The translations under genes were made by a program, and so were the position numbers. This document shows, piece after piece, positions 1 to 8,736 of a stretch of 64,000 nucleotides of DNA. Below the pieces are notes generated by a model. That model saw only the letters and a program-made list of their open reading frames with translations. It did no database searches and had not been told where the DNA came from. Origin of the DNA: Candidatus Iainarchaeum sp. (GTDB lineage Archaea > Iainarchaeota > Iainarchaeia > Iainarchaeales > DTGL01); NCBI GenBank assembly GCA_026413945.1, contig JAOAJX010000003.1:21002-85001 (forward strand). The letters are read 5' to 3'. Each line of letters starts with the position of its first letter. The first letter of the stretch is position 1.

Positions 1-2
1 CA

Positions 3-1607
3 ATGTGTGCGCAATGTATCAAGCCACAGAAAGATCTAGAGTTGATAGTTTATAAAAACAAAATTTTTACAAAGCAACAATATCTCAAGGATAATTCTTA
101 TGTCATATACCCATTTTTTGTTGATTGTCTAATAAAGCCAATTCGCGGCAAAGTGCTCAAGTCTTACAAGATAAAAGATGCGAATGTTAAAATAGTTCAA
201 GAAGAAGAAAACTTAGAACCAACCTATACTATAACAATACCACATTTGGAGCCAAACATGGAACAGTTACTTTACCTTTATAGGGAATATGAGAGCCACG
301 AACTTAAAGATCCTCTTCTTGTGCGTTGGATAAAACAGCATGGCATTCTTGACTATCTTATGTGTGATCCTAAAGTGCAGGAGATAAATATAAACCCACC
401 GGAATTTCAAAGCCCTTTTAGAATTGTACATGATGATTTTGATGAGTGCAGGACAAATCTTTATCCTTCAATCGACTTCTTGAATTACCTTGCAACTTAT
501 TTGAAAATAAACTCTGGTAGGCCTCTTAATAAGGCACAGCCACAGCTTGACGCAGAACTTATCGTTGAAAACCAACGCGCAAGGGTTGCTGCTGTAGTGC
601 AGCCATTTTCAATTCATGGCATTGGCTATTCAATAAGGCGCCATAGGGAAAAGCCATGGACATTGCCTCTTTTCATAGCTAACAAAACCATAAGCCCACT
701 TTTCGCCGGTTTCATGTCATTCATGATCACACATGGAAGAACATTTCTAACAGCTGGGCCTCGTGGCTCCGGAAAAACTTCCTTGCTAAGCGCATGTATG
801 CTTGAAATACTTCCAAAGTATAGAATTATAACAATCGAAGATACGCAAGAGCTCCCGATCAACTTCTACAAAGAATATGGCTATGACATACTTTCTTTCA
901 AGGTTCGCTCAGCATTATCACCTGAAGGCCTTGAGATACCTTTTGAGAAAGGTCTTAGAACATGCTTAAGATTAGGCAATTCATGCTTAATACTTGGCGA
1001 AGTTCGTTCGCAAGAAGCAAAAGTTCTTTACGAAGCGATGCGTGTTGGCGCAATGGCTAATACAGTGGCAGGAACAATACATGCAGACAATCCATATGGT
1101 GTTTTTGACCGTGTTGTTAATGACTTAGGTGTGCCAAAAGGCTCGTTCAAGGTCACAGACTTGATTATAATAATAAAGCAGATTAAATCTCCAACCGGTC
1201 TTTATCATGTTAGGCGTGTTACTCAGGTTGTTGAAGTGCTAAAAGACTGGCAAGATGAGCCAGTTTTCAGAACACTCATGACCTACGACAAAAAAGAAGA
1301 TTCTTTGGTTCCGACACAAGCATTGATTAAAGGAAATTCAGTTACGATTCAGAACATAATGGAAACAAGTATGGAATATGACTCTTATGATAAGGTTTGG
1401 CGCGATATCACGTTGAGAGCCTGGGCAAAGCAGCGCTTTGTTGAGACACTCTCCGTTTTCAAAGAAAAGCTTGAAGGCCCATATGTGCTCAAAGCAAACA
1501 AATGGTTTGCTGAAGCATTTGAAAAAATAAAGCCATTGCAAAGTGAAGAAGCAGAAAATAAGTTTAAGGAAGAGTATGAGAAACGTCTGCAATTGCTTTG
1601 GAAGTGA
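3..1607 (+). CDS. Type II/IV secretion (VirB11/TadA/FlaI-like) ATPase, probably 5'-truncated by the window edge
   Basis: Walker A GPRGSGKT, Asp box ITIEDTQEL, Walker B ILGEVRSQEA, His box GTIHAD; followed by a TadC-like membrane protein. Confidence 0.92.
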   Translation: MCAQCIKPQKDLELIVYKNKIFTKQQYLKDNSYVIYPFFVDCLIKPIRGKVLKSYKIKDANVKIVQEEENLEPTYTITIPHLEPNMEQLLYLYREYESHELKDPLLVRWIKQHGILDYLMCDPKVQEININPPEFQSPFRIVHDDFDECRTNLYPSIDFLNYLATYLKINSGRPLNKAQPQLDAELIVENQRARVAAVVQPFSIHGIGYSIRRHREKPWTLPLFIANKTISPLFAGFMSFMITHGRTFLTAGPRGSGKTSLLSACMLEILPKYRIITIEDTQELPINFYKEYGYDILSFKVRSALSPEGLEIPFEKGLRTCLRLGNSCLILGEVRSQEAKVLYEAMRVGAMANTVAGTIHADNPYGVFDRVVNDLGVPKGSFKVTDLIIIIKQIKSPTGLYHVRRVTQVVEVLKDWQDEPVFRTLMTYDKKEDSLVPTQALIKGNSVTIQNIMETSMEYDSYDKVWRDITLRAWAKQRFVETLSVFKEKLEGPYVLKANKWFAEAFEKIKPLQSEEAENKFKEEYEKRLQLLWK

Positions 1608-1629
1608 GTTTATTATAGGATGATTAGCA

Positions 1630-3522
1630 ATGTATTTTGATTTTGTTTATAATACTGGAAAGAAAATAAAAATTTTTCCTAAGTCCTCATCTCTTGAAAA
1701 TAAGTTCAAACAAGTCGAATTTCCGTATACTTCAGCGGAGTTTCTTTCAGGGATATTCATTTGGTTTATCATACCTGCTTTTGTTGGAATCTTCTTTTTT
1801 ATCATCGGTGCAGCTTCAAAACTTTGGCTTTTTGAGCTTTTTGGATATATTTTCATTTTCACATCAGTTCTTCTTGCAATATCATCTTATCTTTATGGCG
1901 CAAGCATATACTACACCCAAGGCATCATACAACAAAAAGAAGAGATGCTACAAGCATTACTTGAGATGGCGAATTATATAAGCCTAAATACAAGCATAGA
2001 GTTTGCCTTTACTGAGACAGCAAAAGGCCTTACAGGAGTTCTCGGTAAGCAATTTAAGAACATAGTGACAAAATTAGAGCTTCAGCAGTATGCTACACTT
2101 GGTGATGCATTTGAGGATTACATTCCTGTATGGATGGAAATAAATCCCGATTTTGTAAAAGGCCTTACAATTCTTCAGACCGCAAGCTTGGCACCCCTAA
2201 GCGAAAGAGACAACATGCTGAAAGAAGGCATAAAGACAATAATGCAGGGTTATTACACGATGGGCAAGAGAACAACAGAAACGCTTTCAAATCAAGCAAA
2301 GAATCTAGTTTCAGTTGGAGTTATGCTGCCAATGATGTCATTAATACTTTTGCCAATGATGTCAATATTTTTGCCAAACATGATAAATGTCCCTTTGCTA
2401 ATATTCATTTATGATATTCTTTGCCCCGCCTTGCTATTGCTGTTTGCAATGAACTTTGCTCTCAATCGTGTGCAAGTAAACACAATTGATTTGTCTTTGT
2501 CCCCTAAATTCAAAAAGATGCCGCAAACAATATACCTATTGTGTATATTGGTTGCGATTATTGTTACCGCATTTGGCTTTAGCCACCTTTTTACAATCGA
2601 CATGAGTTCAAAAGAAGGCATAGAAAGAGAATATAAACTTGAGAGTTTGCTGTATGTATGGCTAATTCCTCTCGGAATCTTTTTAGCAGTTGAGTTATAT
2701 CTTTTTTGTTATATCAAGCTCAATGAAAAAATATGGCTTGAAATGCGCGAAGTTGAAGATGATATACCACACCTTCTTCAGGTGGTTAGTAGTTACCTTG
2801 TCCTTAACAGACCTATGGAAAGCATAATCGAGGATGTAAAAGAAGATTACATTAGGCATGGCTTTAAGAGGCATGCTGTTGTTAAAATATTTAGTGAAAT
2901 AACTGATGCACTTTACAATACAAAGAAGACGCTTATTGATTTTGTAAACACTACTCTGCCAGAAATAGTTGCTTCGAAACGTCTCATCCAGATATTTAGG
3001 CGCTTAATACATTTCTCAGAAACAGATATAAAAAATGCAGCAAAGGCAGCAAAGATGATAAGAAGCCACACCCTTTCAATCTTCAGACTTGATAATTATA
3101 TGCAGACGCTTCTGAGCGATACAAGTGCAACCATCGAATTATCAGGTAAAATACTCGCCCCAATACTCGCGGCAACCGCAATAATAATGGCAGTAGCAAT
3201 TGTGATGGCTTTGGAATATATAATAGGACTTATTGAAGGTGTTGGAAAAGCTTTTGGTATACAAATTTCTTTGCAGCTTGTTGATGTTTCAGCCATAATA
3301 CCACCAACTGTTGTTTTGGTTATAGTTGGCATATACTTAATACTTACAATGATAGTTTTGAGCTTATTTCTCGCAAATGTTAAATATGGTACAGATCGCT
3401 ACAAAATAGGTAAGACAATCTTCAATAATCTACTTGTCGGCTTTTTGATATTCAGTGCGCTTTTCTTTATTGGTGTTATGTTGTTTACAACCTTTATATT
3501 TAAGGGGGTGCTTGTAAAATGA
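1630..3522 (+). CDS. Pilus assembly membrane platform protein (TadB/TadC/FlaJ, T2SSF-like)
   Basis: Multiple TM segments with two cytoplasmic T2SSF-like domains (EEMLQALLEMANYISLNTSIEFAF; EDDIPHLLQVVSSYLVLNRPMES); directly after the secretion ATPase. Confidence 0.82.
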   Translation: MYFDFVYNTGKKIKIFPKSSSLENKFKQVEFPYTSAEFLSGIFIWFIIPAFVGIFFFIIGAASKLWLFELFGYIFIFTSVLLAISSYLYGASIYYTQGIIQQKEEMLQALLEMANYISLNTSIEFAFTETAKGLTGVLGKQFKNIVTKLELQQYATLGDAFEDYIPVWMEINPDFVKGLTILQTASLAPLSERDNMLKEGIKTIMQGYYTMGKRTTETLSNQAKNLVSVGVMLPMMSLILLPMMSIFLPNMINVPLLIFIYDILCPALLLLFAMNFALNRVQVNTIDLSLSPKFKKMPQTIYLLCILVAIIVTAFGFSHLFTIDMSSKEGIEREYKLESLLYVWLIPLGIFLAVELYLFCYIKLNEKIWLEMREVEDDIPHLLQVVSSYLVLNRPMESIIEDVKEDYIRHGFKRHAVVKIFSEITDALYNTKKTLIDFVNTTLPEIVASKRLIQIFRRLIHFSETDIKNAAKAAKMIRSHTLSIFRLDNYMQTLLSDTSATIELSGKILAPILAATAIIMAVAIVMALEYIIGLIEGVGKAFGIQISLQLVDVSAIIPPTVVLVIVGIYLILTMIVLSLFLANVKYGTDRYKIGKTIFNNLLVGFLIFSALFFIGVMLFTTFIFKGVLVK

Positions 3523-3611
3523 GCAAGACAAGCTGGCAAATAATTGAGGTTATATTGGGCCTTGCCGCAATAGGTATCATACTTATGTATGTTTTTTCAG
3601 CATTGAAGTAG
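3519..3611 (+). CDS. 30-aa pilin-like micro-protein MSKTSWQIIEVILGLAAIGIILMYVFSALK (absent from the ORF track)
   Basis: ATG overlaps the upstream TGA (ATGA), SD-like GGGGTG at 3505-3510, TAG at 3609-3611; fills the gap exactly; short polar leader, QxxE, hydrophobic helix. Confidence 0.72.
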   Translation: MSKTSWQIIEVILGLAAIGIILMYVFSALK

Positions 3612-3619
3612 GTGTTTTT

Positions 3620-4042
3620 ATGCAAGCGATAGAAGTTGTAATATTTTTTATTTTTGCCTTTTCAGTAGGTATGCTGGTGTTAGCATATATTGTGGGCATT
3701 GATTTCACAGGTCTCCAAAAATCAATCACTTGCCTTTTCATACCTGATAGCTGCAAAGAAGCAATCCATAGCATTCAATATCAGCAGTTTTTCATTGAAA
3801 TTTCTAAATGCTGGAGATCATGTGCTTTCGGAGCCAGGGATGTCAATTGTGGGGTTTACAATGTAAAAACCGAAAAAGTAACGGGCGAAACATTTGACCT
3901 GAATGCTTTAAGAGCATACTTTAAAAAGAACAAGGTTTGTGAGGATTGCAACATACTTATAAAGAATGAGCCATTGGTTTTTCCAGCAATTGTTGAGCTT
4001 TCATGCTCAGATGACCTAAACAGCATATTTATTTCAAACTGA
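3620..4042 (+). CDS. Pilin-like protein, Cys-rich
   Basis: N-terminal MQAIE plus hydrophobic helix; AGGTG SD; several Cys; lies in the pilus locus. Confidence 0.65.
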   Translation: MQAIEVVIFFIFAFSVGMLVLAYIVGIDFTGLQKSITCLFIPDSCKEAIHSIQYQQFFIEISKCWRSCAFGARDVNCGVYNVKTEKVTGETFDLNALRAYFKKNKVCEDCNILIKNEPLVFPAIVELSCSDDLNSIFISN

Positions 4043-4119
4043 AGCAAAAAAATCTCAGGCAAAGTATTAAATTTTAAAAATTCATTATAAAATATAAAAA
4101 AAATAGTTGCAGGGATATC

Positions 4120-4869
4120 ATGAATAAGAAAAAAAATATGCTTATTTTTCTCATAGCAGTGTTTTTAATTAGCCAGGCATATTCGGAGGATATAAAAGTA
4201 ATAAGCGCCTCAATCTATTATGATGCCAATTGTGTGACTGTTAAACTAGTTGAGTTAAAGGCAATTTATGGTTATGTCAGTGCTGAAGAGTTTCCAGGTA
4301 ATGCCACACTTTTTCTCTTGGCTGATAATGGGCAAGAACTTTATAAAGGTAGGTTTGGCTTTATAGAGCCAATGCTTGTAGTAAGCCCACCAAGGGCAGA
4401 TGTTGACCCTAAAGCAAATGTTAGCAGCGGAGTGATTTATGCAAACGATACGATAAAGCAAATATTCTTGCCCTACTTTGAACAAGCGTCTAAGATTAAA
4501 ATTGTTTTTGATAGCAACAAGGAGTTTGTTTTTGATATAAAAGAGCGTCTCTGTAACAAAAATTCGATATGTGAAAAAGAAGAAAGCGCAATATCTTGTT
4601 CAGATTGCAAGCCAAATGAGAAAGATGATTTTTGTGTTTTTTATTCTGATGGCATATGCGATCCCGATTGCTTAATAGGTGTTGACTCTGATTGCCTAAA
4701 AACTACTCCTAAAAAAACTCCAACCATACAAGAGACACCAGCACAATCACCTAAAGTGCGCACTGATGAGCATAGCTATAGCTCGATAACAATTATATAC
4801 GTTTTTATAGCGGCATTAGTGCTAATAGTAGTTGCTGTGCTATATATAAAAAGAAAAAAGGGTGATTAG
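4120..4869 (+). CDS. Secreted, C-terminally anchored Cys-rich surface protein
   Basis: Signal peptide, Cys/Asp cluster (CNKNSICE...DGICDPDCLIGVDSDC), Thr/Pro linker, TM helix and KRKK tail. Confidence 0.7.
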   Translation: MNKKKNMLIFLIAVFLISQAYSEDIKVISASIYYDANCVTVKLVELKAIYGYVSAEEFPGNATLFLLADNGQELYKGRFGFIEPMLVVSPPRADVDPKANVSSGVIYANDTIKQIFLPYFEQASKIKIVFDSNKEFVFDIKERLCNKNSICEKEESAISCSDCKPNEKDDFCVFYSDGICDPDCLIGVDSDCLKTTPKKTPTIQETPAQSPKVRTDEHSYSSITIIYVFIAALVLIVVAVLYIKRKKGD

Positions 4870-7033
4870 AATAGCCGACACCTCACAAGTGGTATCTGCT
4901 GCAATCGTAGTTGGACTTTTCTTTGTTGCACTTTTTGCCGTTGAAATAAGCAGATACCAACATGTTGCTCAACAGACAAAAGAAATGGAAACTTATTCTG
5001 AAGAAAAGCGCTTTGAAGAAAGCTTTGATGCTCTGCTTAAAATGACAGAGCCAAGGACAAAGGAAACTATAGGCGAGTTATTTGCAAACTGCGCTTACTA
5101 TGGCGCTGATGATAGAAACTATGGGGGAATAATTGTTAATTGCCGCGATGTGTTAGAAGAGCTTTTCGATAGCTTTTATGGGCGTGAAAATTATTACGCA
5201 AAAATTCCGCAGCACAGCAGTGAGATAACGAAGGGGATTGAAATTTACTTCATCGTTGATACTTCAAAAAGTATGACTGATGACATTAGCAAGATAGGTC
5301 AATCAGTTATTTACATAAAAAATAATTTTACAGGTGACGTTAACTTTCACATATATACACTTGCATCTGTAATGACTGTCCCACAGTGTTCAATGCCAAA
5401 TGTCGAATGCAAGGTAATTCCAGCTTCCGATCTAAGTGAGCTTTGCAAGCAGGCAGGAATACCACCAGAGCACTGTGTTCTTCAGGAAGCTTATGGTTTG
5501 GGGGTTGCATGGGTTGCTCAAAATATTCCAATTGATTCAAATAACATTCGCATTTTAATTCCGCTTTCTGATGAACTTTCTTGCTCTGACGAGTTTATAT
5601 CTCAAGGCACTTCTTATGGTGGTAAAGCTTATGCTGACAAGAGCATTGATTTTGGGATAAGTGTAGCAAAAAACCACAAAAACTTTTATGTTTATCCAAT
5701 CCTATGTGACCCCTTAAATGTTAACAACCCAGGTCAAATTCGACAAATTCACGATGAAAATGCAATAATTGAAGATATGAATAGGTTGGCAAATTCACTC
5801 AAAGGTGAGTTTATTGACTTTTCTAAGGGTTACTCGCAGGCGAAACTCGATATATTGCTTGAAAAAATAATTTTTGGCTCAACCACCAAGCGAGAAGGCC
5901 TTATCGAAATTGGTACAAAAAAAGAACGTGCTGAGCGCTACTCATATGACCGCACAGTAATAATGCCTAGCAAAAAACCAGCTCATTTTACATTATGGGT
6001 TTACAAAGAACGTGTTCCACATCAGATGAAGACTGTTGTTGTCAAGATGCCACCGATAGCCATAATAAATGCAGATCCCAGAGTTTTAGCTCAAGAGCCT
6101 TATACTACAACCCTTGATGGTTCAGCATCTTATGACCCAGATGGTGGCACAATAGTATCATATGAATGGGATTTAAATGGTAAAATTCTGAGTACACAAC
6201 CAAAATTTACACATACTTTTTCGGAGCCGGGGCAATATAAAATTAAGCTAACTGTTACAGATGACGAAGGGCAAAAGGGTTCTACAACCATTACAATATT
6301 TGTTGGCAAAAAACCAACTTTTAATTTCATCTTTGTTCCGGTAAACTGGTCAGGTTCAAATGCAAGTTTCGAATCTACTGCGATGGCACATTTCAATTTC
6401 TTCGTTAAAGGCGCAAAACTCGATGATTGTAAGGATAATTACTCCATTATTATAATGTCTCCAGAATCTCATAATTGCCAGGTTTCGTTGCTAAACAATT
6501 GCATGAGGGAAGGAATGCGCTTCGATGTCTTCAACCAAATTGTTAAATGCGTACAAAACGCTGGTTACAGTATAAATTGGACAAGCATGCGCATAGTCGC
6601 AATTACGAAAAGCGATATATGTTTCTATATTCCACATGCTGAATATGCAATAATTGGCTTTACTGAGTTTGGATCCTATCCTACAGTTTGCGAAGCTCGT
6701 TATAATGAATGTTCTGCTCATGAATTAGGTCATCAATTCTACTTTTGTGAGCAGTATTATCAGAATTCATGGCTGTCTCAGAATTCCCGGCTTTCTTCAA
6801 TAGGGGGATGCAAAAACAAATATCCTGATGGTACAAACCATTGTCAACAATATGGTTCTCTTACAACAAATTGTCCTGAATATCTTGGCAGAATACCTGA
6901 TTGTCTAGGTAGGAAAATACCTGTTGGTGGCTCGGTTGGAAGGAGCCTAATGGGTCCAGGCGGTATCTCAGCACCAAGGCTCTTTGACTGCTTTGAAGAA
7001 CCAGTTATAAGGAGTGCATTGAAATGTCAGTAA
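4862..7033 (+). CDS. Membrane-anchored vWA + PKD + zinc metallopeptidase protein (putative pilus adhesin)
   Basis: N-terminal TM; MIDAS FIVDTSKS...LIPLSDE; PKD (DGSASYDPDG..SYEWD..G.YKIKLTVTDDEG); HELGH and Met-turn-like RSLMGP. Confidence 0.8.
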   Translation: MIRIADTSQVVSAAIVVGLFFVALFAVEISRYQHVAQQTKEMETYSEEKRFEESFDALLKMTEPRTKETIGELFANCAYYGADDRNYGGIIVNCRDVLEELFDSFYGRENYYAKIPQHSSEITKGIEIYFIVDTSKSMTDDISKIGQSVIYIKNNFTGDVNFHIYTLASVMTVPQCSMPNVECKVIPASDLSELCKQAGIPPEHCVLQEAYGLGVAWVAQNIPIDSNNIRILIPLSDELSCSDEFISQGTSYGGKAYADKSIDFGISVAKNHKNFYVYPILCDPLNVNNPGQIRQIHDENAIIEDMNRLANSLKGEFIDFSKGYSQAKLDILLEKIIFGSTTKREGLIEIGTKKERAERYSYDRTVIMPSKKPAHFTLWVYKERVPHQMKTVVVKMPPIAIINADPRVLAQEPYTTTLDGSASYDPDGGTIVSYEWDLNGKILSTQPKFTHTFSEPGQYKIKLTVTDDEGQKGSTTITIFVGKKPTFNFIFVPVNWSGSNASFESTAMAHFNFFVKGAKLDDCKDNYSIIIMSPESHNCQVSLLNNCMREGMRFDVFNQIVKCVQNAGYSINWTSMRIVAITKSDICFYIPHAEYAIIGFTEFGSYPTVCEARYNECSAHELGHQFYFCEQYYQNSWLSQNSRLSSIGGCKNKYPDGTNHCQQYGSLTTNCPEYLGRIPDCLGRKIPVGGSVGRSLMGPGGISAPRLFDCFEEPVIRSALKCQ

Positions 7034-8247
7034 GTTTTTTGAATTTTAAAATAGGCCAAAAAGGAAATATTTTGGCTTTTATTGTAATTGCCATACTCTC
7101 ACTTGTTTTTATACTTGTGCTTACAAGGCATGAGCCTCTAAGAATTCCGAAGGACATAAACACTGAAACAAAAGTGGAAACCATAACAATGGAAAACATA
7201 GTTCGTTCGGTAAGGCAAAGCATACAAAACTTTTCAAAAGAGGGCCTCTCTACGCAATCAAGTCTTTGGGTTTGCAATATTTTTATGCCACCGGTTGCAA
7301 ACGAAATTGATACCAATGGATCTTTTTTTATAAGCAAAGAACTTGGTGGTTGCTTAAGAAGAATAACCGAAGATCTTGGATATGGATATAATACCGATTT
7401 CAATGTATCACTCGGCTTGTATGATGGCAATAGTATGCAAGAACAACTTGACAAAATGATGTCTCTCCCAAACGATCGCGTTGATGTGAATGTTTCTTTT
7501 GTTGTAGCCGGAGCCAAAATTGAAAGCGGTGAAAGAAGGTTTTCAAATAACTATGCTCTATCTTACCCCTATCGAACATGGCATGCTTACAAAAAATACC
7601 TTGAGTGGGGGCAGAATTACTTATCAATACTTGGCCTAGATATCTGCGAAGAATTAAGGAAAGCAAAAGGGCCTTGCCTGTTTGTCGGCAAAGCGGATCC
7701 AACATATCACATACTCACAACCGATGACTATGTTAGATCTAAAATAGATCTCAACGATGTGAATATTGACAACGCACTTAATAAGCAGCTCGACTATCTG
7801 AACCAAATAATGAACCCAATAAGTTTTGAGTGCGAATACGAAAAGATTTCTGAAAAGAAAGACCTTGCGATAAGCAGGGATCAGAATTGTGTTACTCCAC
7901 GTTGTTCAGGTATCCAAATTATTGAGTATGATGTTCCGGGAGCCTGCGGAACACAAGAAGAAAGACATGGCACAGCATGTCCACCAAGAGAAGCTCTCGG
8001 TCCATGGGTGGCACCGCCAATGGGCACAGTTGAGCGCAATTACACGAAGTCCTGCACTGCAGGACAATGCAAAATAGAAATAGTTGGTGCAAACCCATAC
8101 GTAGCCTTTAGTGTAAAATTCAGATGCAAAGATACAACTAGAAGCATTTCCATGGAGCAAGGCGTGGAACCTTACACCTTACAAATAGGCGTTTATGCTA
8201 ATATTGTGCGTGTTTGCCCACCAGTTTCAATACCTCTTGAAAAATAA
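7024..8247 (+). CDS. Cys-rich pilin-like protein with class III signal peptide
   Basis: KIGQKG|NILAFIVIAILSLVFILVL resembles a prepilin cleavage site; many Cys. Confidence 0.62.
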   Translation: MSVSFLNFKIGQKGNILAFIVIAILSLVFILVLTRHEPLRIPKDINTETKVETITMENIVRSVRQSIQNFSKEGLSTQSSLWVCNIFMPPVANEIDTNGSFFISKELGGCLRRITEDLGYGYNTDFNVSLGLYDGNSMQEQLDKMMSLPNDRVDVNVSFVVAGAKIESGERRFSNNYALSYPYRTWHAYKKYLEWGQNYLSILGLDICEELRKAKGPCLFVGKADPTYHILTTDDYVRSKIDLNDVNIDNALNKQLDYLNQIMNPISFECEYEKISEKKDLAISRDQNCVTPRCSGIQIIEYDVPGACGTQEERHGTACPPREALGPWVAPPMGTVERNYTKSCTAGQCKIEIVGANPYVAFSVKFRCKDTTRSISMEQGVEPYTLQIGVYANIVRVCPPVSIPLEK

Positions 8248-8290
8248 TTTATGATGTATTTTTAAATTCCAAAGATATATATTTATTAAG

Positions 8291-8698
8291 GTGGTTAAAA
8301 TAAAGCTGCCTTTTTTTAGTAAGAAAAAAGAGGAAGAAGAAGTTTCAATTGATTTGGGCAGAAGCACCTTTCCAGGCCTCGAAAGTAATATTGAGTCGCC
8401 CTCTCCATTTATCAAAGATATTAAAGATGAGGAGCAGCAAGACATATTTTCGGAGCTCGAATCCCAATTAGAAGAAGACTTCTCTGATACCAAACCGAAG
8501 GAGAGAAAAGAGATATCCAAAGTAAAAGAGGAATTAAAAGAAGCACTTGAACATCCAATCAGCCAAGAGAAAAGCACGGAATCTGATAAAGTTCAGCAAA
8601 AGACACCAACTAGTGCTACTATAAGCTCTTTAAGCAGAAGCCAAAATTCATTGGATGAAAGAATTGCATCAATAAAGAAAGAACTTGGGCTTCTGTAA
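8291..8698 (+). CDS. Hypothetical acidic, probably disordered protein
   Basis: 135-aa ORF rich in E/S/K with a C-terminal helix LDERIASIKKELGLL. Confidence 0.6.
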   Translation: MVKIKLPFFSKKKEEEEVSIDLGRSTFPGLESNIESPSPFIKDIKDEEQQDIFSELESQLEEDFSDTKPKERKEISKVKEELKEALEHPISQEKSTESDKVQQKTPTSATISSLSRSQNSLDERIASIKKELGLL

Positions 8699-8736
8699 AG
8701 AGAACTAATTTAACCTTTTTCAGCAATATTATTTTA

